A stretch of 63,630 nt of DNA, the filler included, from Perkinsus chesapeaki ATCC PRA-425 (Eukaryota; Protista; Perkinsozoa), in the NCBI GenBank assembly GCA_013115145.1. It is 6 parts of 6 records of this genome, joined end to end, with 100 filler letters (N's around TTAATTAATTAA, not from the genome) between each part and the next. Parts side by side here need not be neighbours in the genome. Positions count along the whole stretch, not along the records: positions 1 to 15,063 come from JAAPAO010000734.1; 5 more parts are not named here. One strand, 5' to 3'. The stretch's first letter is position 1. Each line of letters starts with the position of its first letter. A program made the translations under genes and the position numbers. Shown in pieces: positions 1 to 12,567 of this stretch. The notes beneath the pieces are model-generated. The model searched no databases, had not been told where the DNA came from, and saw only the letters and a program-made list of their open reading frames with translations.

Positions 1-1940
1 TCAATATGCTGAATGAAACACGTCGGGGTGAAGTAGGACACGCTAGCAACCATTCTTCAGCTCGACACAATTGCGTAACACCACATAGGACCCGAATAGT
101 GGGACACATAAAAAGGGACAAGTCGAAGCTGATCGAAGGGTCGCTTGTAACTTCAGTATTTGGGACAGTATGCTTGTTGACTCATAAGGAAGTTATGCAA
201 TGGATGTGGTGGGTTTATTGGAAGCGTGAGGTAAGTGAAGGAAACGCGAATGCAACAAGAAGGATAATAACCGACAACGTATATTCTGCAGTCGGTCAAA
301 TACGAAGGCAGCTGGGGAGCGGTCACAGGTATAGTTGAAATACTGGAAAGGGGCTTGAACAAAAAGGGAATGAGAAGGCAATAGAAGTTGAAGATATTTC
401 CACTTTGCGATGATCCAGTTGGTATGATGTGGAAGTGTTGGGCAAGGACTTGTGCTACAAGTAGGGTACTCAGCACTGTATCTTTTTGGCTCAGTTGAAG
501 ATCTATCTGTACGAGTCGAAGGGCTTGGCAAATTGCCGACGGCAATGTCTCCGTTGTGGAGAGGAGGCTCAGTTGGCTGTTTCACGCAAGCAATAGGTCT
601 CAGAACGCAACCAGCATCAACTGGTTGGAGGCAGATGGAACCAGCTTCTTCCTTGAACAGACCCAAAGAGATATAAGGGGACTTCCAGCAGTTAGGGTCG
701 TACTTTGAGTTGTTGGCGTATTCATCGGCATAAGACCTATGATATTTGAGTCATTAAGTCTCGACAGATTTTTATCAACTTAACTCGATAACGCGGTTTT
801 GCATGCTTATTAACGTATACCAGCACACTCCTTCGAGATGATGCATTGTTCAAGAAGATCGTACTGGAAGGTTTTGCCGTGGAGTTGCTGCCCGGCGAAG
901 CACTGGTGATAATCTACTTTTTGTGCCTGCAAATCGCTTAGCCTGTTAAGTGATGCCCACTTCAAGCCTACCTCTGCCAGATCTTGACTTTGCTTCCCAT
1001 AAACGCAACGTATAACTTCTGAACACTGGTTTCCCTTTCCTCCTGATCAGGAAGATGGGGCCTGTATCACTAAGCTTTGTAGCCCTACCCTCGGGGCCAT
1101 CAGCTTCCGGACCCTCATGGTCGTTCAAGCATGCAATTAGCTCAGTGTTGCAGCGTTGTTCAGTGCACTGGAAGTTCACAGGTGTGTAACCGTCGACCGA
1201 AGCCTTTCCGTTCTCCAGTGTTGCGCTAATGATCCTTGCTTGTAGTATAATAATAATACATTTCATGTTGACGTAAGAGTTTTGGCTGAGGGATGCTGCC
1301 CACTGTGACAAACTCAATACCAACTGGATGTTGCATGACAAAAGTCAATCAGTCCCAGCCCAATTCAGCGTCATCATAATCAGCATTCTTGGTATCATCG
1401 GCATCCTCGAAAAACGTCTTTGACTGCCGACGACGGTGGCGACGGCGAAGAAGCGTCGGGCTCATCGTTTCAGGATCGTACCGGCTTAAAATGGGATCAC
1501 TTTGCTCCATCAGGCGTATCTCATCTAAAAGCGCGGACTCTGCGCGGAGACGACACAATAATTGTCTCCCACCTGCTGTCGCTCTATTCTGGTTGCGGAA
1601 TAAATTGTCCAACCAAGCCTGGAATTGTCCGTGGTTCATCAGCGCTGTTGGCTCATCTGTTGAGATTTCCCTCCTCCGTCTCAGTCTTCCTCGCTTTCGT
1701 CTTGCCCGTCGTAATCTTTGGTGCTCCAGGAGGCTAGTGCTCGGTGATAACCTATACGAAAATCGTTCATGGCGCGTATCGCAAAGCTTACTGGCTCTCT
1801 GTGGTGGTGGAGGTGAATGGCATCAACGCCGGATAGCCTATCCAGAGGAAATAGGTGTTAGCAAGGGCAGCTGCAGTTTTAAGCTGATTACCGTTGATGT
1901 GGGTTTCGTTCCAGAGGAGTGTAGTCAAGAGAATACACAA
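1..1940 (-). CDS. Multi-exon hypothetical protein; probably runs off the left edge
   Basis: Long minus-strand ORFs 193..666, 946..1341 and 1349..1639 can be chained through short GT-AG introns (e.g. gtaagctttg...cgtatag near 1760-1800). No family recognised. Confidence 0.5.
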
Positions 1941-2165
1941 TGTTTTCAAAGTCGTTCTTGAGCTCATTTTAAAATATTAGCTATGATGTGACGGCGGTAC
2001 TACCACTGGGACATGACAGAACACCATAGAGAAAGTATGTTATAAAGAAACGTGTATAGCAGCAGGACCAGCGAAGGCCAAGGCTATCTCTAAAATATGT
2101 ATGCTTGAAGGGTGGGTAAAAACACCAAGTGTAATAATACAAGTTAACGAAGTAGCAATAACAGA

Positions 2166-3140
2166 TTAGTGTTGATAATCAATAATAGTCACTTCTGTTG
2201 ACAAAGTGCTGCTTCGTGAAATCTTGATGTCAGAGTCGTCCAAGCCCAATGAGGACACCACACCACTGGGTATAATAGGTACATCTTTATCAGGCTCTCG
2301 AGGGGGGCTTATCGTTGCGGGAACCGAAAATCGTCTATTTGGATTGATATTCTTTTGCGTGTTGTTAGCTTCATTCAGCATCTTGTCAGCTTCTCGCCAA
2401 AGAGCTCTATGCTTTGAGCTCAGGTTCAGCATAGCATTAGCATATATCCTATCAGCAATCTTAGGGTCTCCTCGTAGCTGGGCAAGGGCATCGCTGCAGT
2501 CGGGAACAGTATGCCTCCTGCGGAGTAACCTTCCCTCGGCAGTAGTAGTAGGATTTACCGCACCGTCTGTCGAAGTTGCTTCTTTCGCAGTGCTCTCCAA
2601 TAGCTCTTGTACAGCTGCTAGTTCGGCCTCCGATAGATTGCTCAGTCTAGCGGCAACACCATCACACCTTCCCCTGTTAGCCATAAGCTAACCAAAAATT
2701 TAAACAACTAGATGGTAGTGGGTCGTTGGTAGGAAAGCAACGCAACATGCAGATGGAATTGATAAGTGTGCCTCGGATACATTGTTTCTGTTTAAATGAA
2801 CCTGCTATGGTCTCGTCCTTCTACAAGAAGAAGCGCTGTTACACAAAAACTGTCTCCTTCACTTTGTGTTAGAAATTGTCACTATTAGCCGCACGAACGA
2901 CCCTGAGCTGTTTTGGTCGCACAGAGCTGAAGAACCCCCCTTAAAGATCGGACTTATTCCGACGAATTTATTCAAAGTACGAATCTCATACCGCTCCCTC
3001 CGATATCTCCCTTTCACGCAGATAGACACCCCTTCGCGCGGCATCATCACAGATACTGACCGATTTCCTTTATTGCTCCTTTTTAGTAGCTTTCTTCCAA
3101 TTTCAGAGGTATGTGAGATACCCCCAAGAAATTGTTCCAA
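2166..3140 (-). CDS. Hypothetical protein exons, possibly the 5' part of the gene at 1..1940
   Basis: 172-aa ORF 2166..2684 with protein-like composition, plus ORF 2859..3140 on the same strand. No family recognised. Confidence 0.45.
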
Positions 3141-3328
3141 GCAGAGTCGCTAGTAATAAATTGTGATGTTAATAGGAGCACGATCGTTTCATCATCACTA
3201 ATCATGACGCTAAACTGTTACGTGCGATTGTGACGACTGTGTAAATTATCCCAAGCTCTTAGCGTTTTTTCACGTGTAAAAACACCTGTGGGGCCCTTCT
3301 CTGTAGCGTAACCTTATCTTCTCCTGTC

Positions 3329-4672
3329 ATGTCTTACACTATCGTCAGCAACTGTCCAGCTTTTAATAAAGTCCCCACTTGCCCCTTTTCGGGCGATGAG
3401 GAGACAACAAAAGCTGTGACAGCCAATTGCCCAGCTTTCGAAGAAGGCTGCCCGTTCAAGGGAAGTGATGAGCTGGCTGATATCTATTCCACGCTCGCCA
3501 GTATGCCTGAATCCCATCGCGTGAACGGCGACCATGTTGAGCCCGGTTCTCCCTCCTACTATGTTGAGAGTGCCTTGAAAACCATTCACAAAGATTCTAT
3601 TGAGCTTGAAAAGCAGCTCGGTCGTTGTACGGTATTTGAAGTATCCTGCCCGTTCAGGACTGTTACGTGCTCTGATGGTCAGCCCCTCGTTGAGAAGCTT
3701 GATTCCTCATTGATCGCCCTATTGGCCATTCCTCAAGATGAGATGTCTCCGAGATCTGATATGGTCACTCGTCGTTTGAAACAGGAAACCTCCAAGTTGC
3801 ACAGGACTGCCGAGAACGTCCTTTATGTGAGACGCTTTTTAAAGGGCGGTGTTACCAGAGAGGAGTACACTCACTTTTTGCTTGGTCTCTATCACGTCTA
3901 CACTGTTATGGAAAAGCTCATCACAGAGGCGGCTGCTAAGGGCAATGTGCTTTGCAAGGTTATCGATTTCCCTCAGCTTCACAGAGCCGACGCTTTGAAG
4001 CACGATATTATTGAGTTAGTCGGCATTGAGAAGGCCAAAGAGATGTTTAAGAAGCCTAGAAGGCCCGTTGTTGATTCCTACTGTACAAGACTTGAGAGCA
4101 TCCCAAAAGATATGTTACTTGCCCACTCCTACACGAGGTATCTTGGTGACCTGTCTGGTGGCCAAATTCTGGGGCGAGCAGCTCGGAAGTATCTTGGTGA
4201 TGATTGTCCTATTAACTTCTATGTGTTTGAAGATATTGAAAATTGCCAAGCATTCAAAAATGAATATAAAAAGATAGTCGACACTAGTTGTATTAGTATT
4301 GAGGTCGCCGATGGTCTTGTGAAGGAGTCTATGATGGCCTACGCGCTGAATGTACTCTTATTTGAAGAGATGGACTTTAATTTTGGTTATGCCACCCGAG
4401 TTCATACCCTTGACGAGATTGTTCGGTTGGCGGAGAGCAACATATCTGGTCTTAAACTTCGTAAGGAGCAAAATGCCTCCTCCTCGAAGAAGGAGTTGTG
4501 CCCCTTTATGATGAATTCTGATTCGAAAAAGAAGGTCAGTTGCCCATGGCCGTTTGTGCTGATGCATGACCCTGTTAGTGGTAGTTACGATCATCCTATG
4601 AAGACGCTGAGTCTCTGCATTGTTACCCTCGGCGGTTTTGGTTTATTGTATCGCCGGTTCTGCTATTGTTAA
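3329..4672 (+). CDS. HMOX: Heme oxygenase (HO-2-like) with Cys-Pro-rich N-terminal extension and C-terminal membrane anchor; single exon
   Basis: 447-aa ORF. Proximal-His helix TSKLHRTAEN, HO signature LLAHSYTRYLGDLSGGQIL, C-terminal hydrophobic helix TLSLCIVTLGGFGLLY. Confidence 0.93.
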   Translation: MSYTIVSNCPAFNKVPTCPFSGDEETTKAVTANCPAFEEGCPFKGSDELADIYSTLASMPESHRVNGDHVEPGSPSYYVESALKTIHKDSIELEKQLGRCTVFEVSCPFRTVTCSDGQPLVEKLDSSLIALLAIPQDEMSPRSDMVTRRLKQETSKLHRTAENVLYVRRFLKGGVTREEYTHFLLGLYHVYTVMEKLITEAAAKGNVLCKVIDFPQLHRADALKHDIIELVGIEKAKEMFKKPRRPVVDSYCTRLESIPKDMLLAHSYTRYLGDLSGGQILGRAARKYLGDDCPINFYVFEDIENCQAFKNEYKKIVDTSCISIEVADGLVKESMMAYALNVLLFEEMDFNFGYATRVHTLDEIVRLAESNISGLKLRKEQNASSSKKELCPFMMNSDSKKKVSCPWPFVLMHDPVSGSYDHPMKTLSLCIVTLGGFGLLYRRFCYC

Positions 4673-5639
4673 GTATATCATTTATTTCATCCTATTCAAC
4701 TTGAAAGCGCTTTTGGAGTTCTTTTCTTAAGCGATTATGCGACCATCGCAATTATTTCTCGTACAACTCAATTAAGAGCGCGTTAGAGGTTTTTTCATTA
4801 CCTAACATTGTTATTTGGTCAACAGTTATTAGTGTCTAGTTTTAGTATCAATTAAACTACGTAGTGCCTCATCATCATCAGGTCGACACATCTCTGTTCG
4901 GCCCTCTTGCCCATACTCTCTACTGTCACAAGTGATCTGCCAAGTCACTGTGCCGTCAACATCAACGTCTCATATTATTAAAGATAGTTACTACGATTCG
5001 GAAGCAGCAACCCAACTGTAAGAGACGGGTGCGTTTAACCTTTTTTTTGTCATACCTATGAGGACTACAATGCAGATCCTCTCCTTCTAGGGTAGTGAAA
5101 CTCATTGACGTTATTATTTGGCGCATTGACATCAACAAGTGTAAAGCTTACCAAGTTGTTGGTGATGTTTTAGTTTCCTATTGGCCGATAAAGCGAGCTC
5201 TTTTGAATCTTACCAGCATCAAGGCATGATGCCGCTGGAGGCAGCAGCCACACCGACGACGTCACTCATACCGAATTCTTCTCAGCAAATCAAGGAGGTT
5301 ATCGATGCGGTTTATGAGGGGAATCGCCAGGGGTAGTACCATAGGGTGGCCTGATGGCAAAATTGAGACGTTTATATAGGCGGTAGAGAATCTACTGTAG
5401 AAGCTCATTTTGGGGAATAATACTTAGCAATGGTGATGTAAAAGGGAATATATATCGAAAAACAACTGTTAGTAAAAATCATATCATTGCTTGTTCTATC
5501 TTTGTAAGGGTACTTGTTACTGTTTCACACCGCCGCGTTTGGCTTGTTATTTACATCACTGCGGTCGTCGTACTGGGTCCATCCTGGGGCGTCATCGATA
5601 CCATGTATTTGTTGTATATCTTCTGCTTCCTACGGCTCG

Positions 5640-6647
5640 GCCCTAGATCTCAGAAATGATGCTTTGGAATCTTGCTAGGGAAGCGGAATCAGCTCTGGAG
5701 GCTGCAGGGCGGAGCGAACCTCCAAGAAAGGAAGGGAAAGAAGGCTCGAAAAGAGTGAGCGAGTTGGGGGCTCCACTTAGTGTGGTGATTGTTGCGGATG
5801 AGCAAACGTATACTTGCAAGGAGAAGATTACACGAGAGCTACTTGGTAATTTTTTAAGTATATATTGGAAAAGTCGGTATGAGCGTTGGCAGACAAAATA
5901 GATGATAATGCCGAAGCGTGCAGAGCTCGAACGTCTCTCGATCTGGCCATGACGTATGCTATGGAGGCCCAGCTGAGTTCGGATGTAATCAACTAATCGA
6001 AATTAGAGGCTTCATTATAGAATCCTTCAGAGTGCGGCGCAGTTGGTGGCGTGGCGGGCCGAGAAGGACAAATGGAACGATGAGAAAGCGAGGGCTGAAA
6101 GGATTCAACGGGAGAAAGAGAGGTTATAAGGGAGTTTGGGAAAGCCAGCCCGTCACAGCAGGGAGTAGAAATTAACAATTTTACTATATGTGATCATATT
6201 ATTGTTGCAGACGCCCTGTGTTGAATTTTTACAGTTCGAGTAGTTACTAAATGGTAAAGTATTGTCAATATTCGAGCCAGTATTTGTTATAATAAAAGTG
6301 TTCAGTACAGTATTATATAGCAGTAATAGCAATACCAACTTCACGAAAACAAGACTCATCGCATATCGCCTCATTAAAGCTTATCAGATTAAATGTTTTA
6401 GTAAAATGAGATCTTGAGCGGGTGAGTATTGTTATTTGCATCACTGTGGTTCTTCAGGGTCGCCCGGTCTGTCTATGATGACCGTGTGGCTCGCTGGGGG
6501 ACTTTGGACGCTCAAATTGGCGAGGCGTTCGCTGGCGTGGATGTTGCTATTTACCACCGACATGCTTTATCATTCAAGGAGTGTGACTGGACACATGTGC
6601 CTCTGATTGGTGGAGATGAAGGCTCGGAGGCACAGCAAAGAGTGTAG
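5640..6647 (+). CDS. Hypothetical multi-exon coding region; may be joined to the next gene
   Basis: Clear intron gtgagt...cttcag (6421-6457) followed by the open exon VARSVYDDRVARWGTLDAQIGEAF..., with further open segments upstream. Confidence 0.35.
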
Positions 6648-6899
6648 TGAAGGGAGGCGAAGGAGGAGAAAATAATGGAAAGGTCCTTCAGATGGTTTTT
6701 CGCAGAAAATTCCCCGTGCTTGCCAGAGTACATCGGTGGCTGAATTCGTTCACTTGCACGCTCATGTCTAGCAGAAATAATAGTCGAACAATTTAGTTTG
6801 CGTGATTTAGAGTGGCGCGCATTTTCAGGTGAAATTTTTGCGGATATAATAACCGTTTGCTCGACATGGATTACTTCACTAGTTTCGCGTAAACATTGC

Positions 6900-9830
6900 T
6901 CTTCTGTGTGGTTTAATAAATATAGTTTCACGAGCATCCTTGGAAATCTGTCATGCCTGTGATGGCTATGACAGTCCTTCACCTGATCTGCGACATGAAT
7001 AATGAGGTGTTGGGTCGTAGCGATACTTTTACGACACATTAGGTTCGATTCCGAGGCCGAGTGTCGATCTAAAATGATAGCAGTTGACTTTGACGATTTA
7101 CTGCACACTACTAGCATGCCGGATGGGGACTCGGTTGCTTTGAGTTGGAGGAAGGTACTAGGAGGATAGGCATTTTAGAAATATCTTAACACATGCTGCT
7201 TGAACGAAGTGGAGCTATCCGGGTTACTGGGGTGTGTTTCGGTGGAGTAAATTGTAATGAAAAGGTCCCCTATGGACTTGTATGCTTTGAGATTCTCTTC
7301 GGTGAGGGGGCCGAATTTATTTTATTTGGTGGTAAATTGGTATGAAATTGAAAAAACCTGTAAGTTAAAATTGTGAAGGGAAACTTCTTCCAACAGAAAC
7401 GTTTATCTAGCATGATTGCTTGGCATGAGTTTTTTGCGATATCTTTGGCCGTCCTTGTTAGGCTATCGATGCTGATGCTGGGGCATCCTCATCACCGTTG
7501 ACGCCTCAAGTGGATGAAGTTAAAGGTAATAACAGCTAGAGGTGTCAGAAAGCAGGGTGGTATTATTAGCACCACCACCGTCGTCATCAACATCATCACA
7601 GCCTGTATCAGTTGCTCCAGCAGCACCACCACCTCAACCTCAAGTAGTTGTTGATAGTGTTATACCGCGGCCGCGGATGGAGACAAGCGCTGCTGGGGGG
7701 ACGACACAACCGACGGGGACAGCAATAGGAGGAGGAGGACCTGGAGCGACCGCTGCTGCTGCTGGAGACTTCTCTATGGGGCTCTCGAGAGGACTTGTGG
7801 AAAGGTAATAGTAGGGGGCAAGGTTGACGGGGCAAGGAAAATAATATCTCCAGATGCCGATGTAACTCTCGAAGGCGACTCGATGAATCTGAATTGTTAT
7901 GTCTGACATGTGAAGGTTATGTGGAATCACGCCATCCACCCGAGGCGTATCTTGAGGTTGAGCTTACACGTATTATCAGCGGTCCAAGGATGCTCATCGA
8001 GAAGCTGACACAGTAAGTTGGCAGTAGCAGCCGTTTCCCCTGATGGTTGTGTTGGCTGATCAGATCTTCGCCGAGAGTGTCCCCCTATAGACACTCGTAC
8101 AGTGTCATTTCCGGCCATCAGACAGCAACTGCTGTCATTGTGTGCTTCGATGGTGATAAGGTTGATAAGTTACGCAGGGCGTTGCACGACTTACACTTGA
8201 GAGTGTTTGGCGTCTTTGATGCTGAGGTGAGCAATCTGGCGTATCTTAGGTTGAAGCGTGCATTTCACAGGGTCGTCCAATGAGTTCGACTGTAACACAT
8301 GTAGAGGCTCCCGGAGTGTCCTCGAGTGGCGGAAGCGAGTCGGTTGAAAGTGTGGAAGCTCCTGAGAGGCAGCCGGAAGCACAACAGCCTGTGGCGCGCG
8401 AGAATTTAATGCTACCGGAACAGCAGCAACCTCTTCCGGCTGCTGCTGCTGCTTCAGCGACTCCCGTCTGGCCGAGTAACGTTATGATGGCGAATCCTTG
8501 GGCGCTTGGAGGAGCAGTTCATCCGGCAAGTTTCGGTGTGATGGGCCCTCCGACCGCCGGTTGGACTGCAGTACCGGCGCAATGGATGCAGCATTATCAT
8601 GACTATTATGCAAGTATGCAACAGTTCAACGCTGCCGCTGCTGCGGCGGTCCATGGCAGCATACCAATGGTGCCTATGATGCCTCCACCTGGGCAGGTGG
8701 ATAACTCAGCAGCAGCATCGTTTATGTATCCTCAACCACCGGGAAAGGGGGGAGGGCAAATGAGGAACCCTGGCAGATGAGATACTCTTGGCATTTTTCT
8801 GGAACATTTCTGAGAAAAAATGGTCTTGGTTTGCGGGTTTGCTAATTCTGCTGGGTGCAGGGATTGATTTCATGAAAGGAGTTCCTCGATGCTTTGTGTG
8901 CGCTTTGGAGGAAGTCGTTGAGTCCCATTTGGAGTCGGGGGATGATCGATGTAAGCAGTGCTGCATGCATTCTGACCTATTTTGAATCTTTCAGCTTCGC
9001 AAGATTCCTCGGCGACCCATCCCGAGTGCGGATGGAGGGGAAAGGCAAGCCCGTGTTGTGATCGGTGTTGCGCCAGAAATACGCCGGAGTAAGTATGAAA
9101 TGCACGCTTCAACCTAAGATACCCTTCAGAATCTTCTGCCAGCGGCTAACTCGTATTGCGGTGAAGCATTTCCCTGCCAATCTCAGTTGTCACATTTGTC
9201 ACGAAAGTGTGACTTCCTACGAGGAAGGCACAGTGTGCCTTAAGTGTCACAGTGTAATTTTTGTTACTTTCGCTTCCCGAGTATCGAACCTGCGCCCCTT
9301 CCTCTCAGACCGCTGTATGCAACAGCCCTGATTGTCAATCTAAAGCGTGTTACATTCCCGAGCTTGTTCACGAGAAGCCAGTTGGCAAGCCTTTCATCTG
9401 CCTTCACTGTTTGCAGCTCACCTTCATGTGTTCTTGTGAGGAGGCAAAAGCTGCCCAAAAAAGGCTTATGTAGGGCGTCTCATGTGCATCGCTTGGCCGT
9501 TCGAATGTGACATGCTTTACATTTTTAGACTGGATCGACCTATCACTCTTGATGCCCCATTCTACTTTATGCTCAACACGCATTCTCTCGCTCCTCAGCC
9601 GCTGGAAAACTTCTACATCGCATCTTTGCAGCGACCACGGAAAAAACTGGTAAAATTATCGCGCTTTTTTGCGCCTCACTGCCTATCAGATCGAGATGGT
9701 TAGAGGGTCGGAAGATGTACCAGAAAGAGTTAGAACTGCGTTGAGATTGTTGGATGTGATTAGTCATCGAAGTACAGTGAGAAGATGGACTATTAGAGAG
9801 CATCAAAGGCTCAGGTAGGTATTGTGAGGA
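6900..9830 (+). CDS. Large multi-exon hypothetical protein with P/A/Q low-complexity segments and a Cys/His-rich zinc-finger-like C-terminal region
   Basis: Exons chain in frame across many short GT-AG introns (e.g. GLVER|CRCNSRRRLDESELLCLTCEG). ORFs 7542..7808 and 8280..8780. Cys-rich exons LSCHICHESVTSYEEGTVCLKCHS and CNSPDC...FICLHCLQLTFMCSC. Confidence 0.55.
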
Positions 9831-10008
9831 ATAACAGCTGATAAACTGTGTTGTAGTCGAGCAGACTCTTAGCCGATATTTTGGCAGATAGTCGGCGGCT
9901 CGTTCATTAAACTTAGACGAAACTGGTTCTGGAACTGATTTTCAACTCGAGTTCATGGAAATGAATTTTTAAAATTTCTTCATCAGGAAAATATTACTTC
10001 CGACCGAA

Positions 10009-10732
10009 ATGTTATTTCTCAATGGGGAACGAAGAGTGATTGGAGAAAAAGTATATTGGAATTTGAACAACAATCGATCAGCTGATCGATTTGTCATTTT
10101 CTGTTTGGATTCCCAACATGGGTTTGCCGTTCATTGGTGTTTGCTTAGATACGTCCTTTCTAAGATTCAGGAACCGTCTCACCAGCATATGAAACTCAAG
10201 GTAAGTTGTCTTATTATATTCTAAATACATTTAAACATTCTCATTAGGGCATGCCTCCTGAAGATAAGCTTGCATCTGCGTGCAAGTCGAAGGCATGCTG
10301 GTTACTCGAAGAGAGTGAGAAGTGGGGCCTACCCGTTCCATGGAGGACTGCGATGTAAGGAGGCAAGCATGGGAAGAATGATTATTGTTGATGAAATGAG
10401 TGAGAGCTTATATATTTTTGACGATATAGAGAGCTCGCATACGGTCGAGGTTGTGGCGCGTTGTGGCCTTCATCAGTAACTGCTTCATTATCATGGTTAT
10501 TGGGTGTTCGTGGATTTGACATGTGCTTAGGTTGTATCTGTATGAGTATTCTGTCCACGAGGAGTATCTTATGTTCCAAGCTGGTAAAAAGGTTCATACG
10601 AGGGTATGTCGAGTGTTGCATCAAGATAAGGTCTCAACGTGGACGGTTAACAAATTAATGGAGAAAGTGGGGCATATGGGAGGAACAACAGTGAAGGAAA
10701 TTGCATTACTTCGGCAACGTATTTTCTATTAA
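10009..10732 (+). CDS. Small multi-exon hypothetical protein
   Basis: ATG at 10009. Exons MLFLNGERRVIGEK | LIDLSFSVWIPNMGLPFI | DSGTVSPAYETQ join in frame over roughly 30-nt GT-AG introns; the rest is tentative. Confidence 0.4.
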
Positions 10733-12180
10733 ATGAGCGTTTTTAGTAAAGATCAGATTGCGTCGCATTTTAGATATGTGGAGAACAGTAGCCCTGAAGC
10801 GAAGCTGATAATTTTTTTCAACTATCCCATTTCTCGCCCTTGGAGGCCTGGAAAATGCCGACGACTTGCTTCCTTCAGGAGGCTTCATTCGAGATCTTCC
10901 GTGCGCTGGAATGTCTTCGAGCTTAAATTATTAGAACAGCGGGATTGTGGACGACACTCATATCTCCTCAGATCTGGCCATCACTCGAAAGCGTGGTGTT
11001 CTTCCGACCAAGTCAAACTCATCGAGTGAAGCGGAGCGGCGCGGAACATATCTATAAGAAAAGTTCAACGATGCGACGGCAAATGGACGTGGGTGAAGGT
11101 TATCGTTTATAGTTGAGCGATCAATTCAGAGATTCTCGCATGACTTGGTGAAGCAATTGGTAAGGCGAGCAGCAAGGAACGTATTAGACTATAGAAGGTG
11201 GCACTATGCCAGAACAGTGACCGAAGAAGGTGAGAGGAAGGAAATTTGGGGAAAAGTTGGTATCAGAGTTGATCGTTCACATACGGTGGGTGATCTATTT
11301 CCGATATATCTAACTGGAAGCGCCAGAATTATAACATTTATAAATTGTTGCAACGGGGATTAAGGACTCGCTCGAGAGCTCCATGATATCCACAGTGGCT
11401 CAGCTACCAGACACTTGCAGGATTACTACTGCTATATCTCATTATGAGGTCCTCATAGCTACGGAATATCGTACTCCAGTCGACAATTCGAGATCTCAGA
11501 TCTGCCGCATGCAGGTGCTTTGATATTAACCACCCTCGGGCTACCAGTCATGGTCTGCTGCTGCTGCTCGCCTGCCCGGTTGGGTATCCCATTCTGCCGG
11601 GTATTTTTCCGTCTACCATTAATCCTACCATACAAAACCTTTCCGGAACAGGGAGGAAAACTTCGACATTTGTTCGATTAAAGCGACAAGCTTTAAGGGA
11701 GTTGTACATCACTCACCTGGCAATGATCGTTCCGCGAGCAGCATCCTTGATTGGCATGTGAATATAGTATCTCGCGACATCTAAAGATGCGGAGCTGCCT
11801 GGAGAGGCAAAGATTTCGCGTTTCTAGATGTCTTGCAATTTGAATAATAAGTTGAAGCGACAGGTTAAGTGATATTATGTGACTAGTTTGTAACTCCACA
11901 AGCCCAGAGCAAGCACAGCCTGGTCAAGGTCGATTTTCGATACTGACGATCAGAAACGGAGTACAGGCTCGTTGAGCCCCAGCTCGTTGAGGGGTGACTC
12001 ACGGCTTCCCGCCGCAGGGAATAACATTGGTGGCGATATTTTTGATGAAATTTTTTATTTATTAGTTGAGACTAGATCATGTTAACCTGTCTAGTGATGC
12101 ACTTGGTCGGGGCTGTATTCAAATGAAAAGCAACACCATTGTAGAGCGTACGCAAGAGAAAGTAGTTAATAGTAGTCCTA

Positions 12181-12567
12181 ATGAATAAATCAACTCATAA
12201 TATAATAATAACTTGTCCAACTTGTGGCCACTCGTTCCCAAAGAAGGCCAACACTGGAGATGTCACAACCAAGCGTGCTTATTTTCGAGAGGAAAATTTA
12301 TATTGTCTTGATTCGTTTACTCGGAAGCTATTTATTTTAGGGCACGACGTTCGAGGGGACAGAGTTTTCCGTTGCACAATTTGTGGACCATTTCCCGAAT
12401 ATTCAACATGGGCCGAAATTGAGGATCATCTTTTCTACTCGGCAAATGATGCAGCACATGAAGAACGATGGAACAGTTTTGAAGCTGAAATGATTAAGAA
12501 AGGGCGACCTCCGGACAGCAGTAAGTTGGTGGATATCAATATCGATCGGATGATCGATTTGGTCTAG
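12181..12567 (+). CDS. Small zinc-finger protein (CPTC knuckle plus C2H2-like CTIC...H...H)
   Basis: 128-aa ATG-to-stop ORF with CPTCGH and FRCTICGPFPEYSTWAEIEDHLFYSANDAAH. Confidence 0.55.
   Translation: MNKSTHNIIITCPTCGHSFPKKANTGDVTTKRAYFREENLYCLDSFTRKLFILGHDVRGDRVFRCTICGPFPEYSTWAEIEDHLFYSANDAAHEERWNSFEAEMIKKGRPPDSSKLVDINIDRMIDLV

Noticed and set aside
7042-7052. Perfect B-box GGTTCGATTCC
   Set aside because: No variable loop, good T-stem or terminator, and it straddles a predicted acceptor/exon boundary; likely chance.
6551-7117. 188-aa minus-strand ORF with a vague cullin-C-terminus look
   Set aside because: It is antisense to a coherent chain of + strand exons with GT-AG introns, and the cullin resemblance lacks the AAIVRIMK core.
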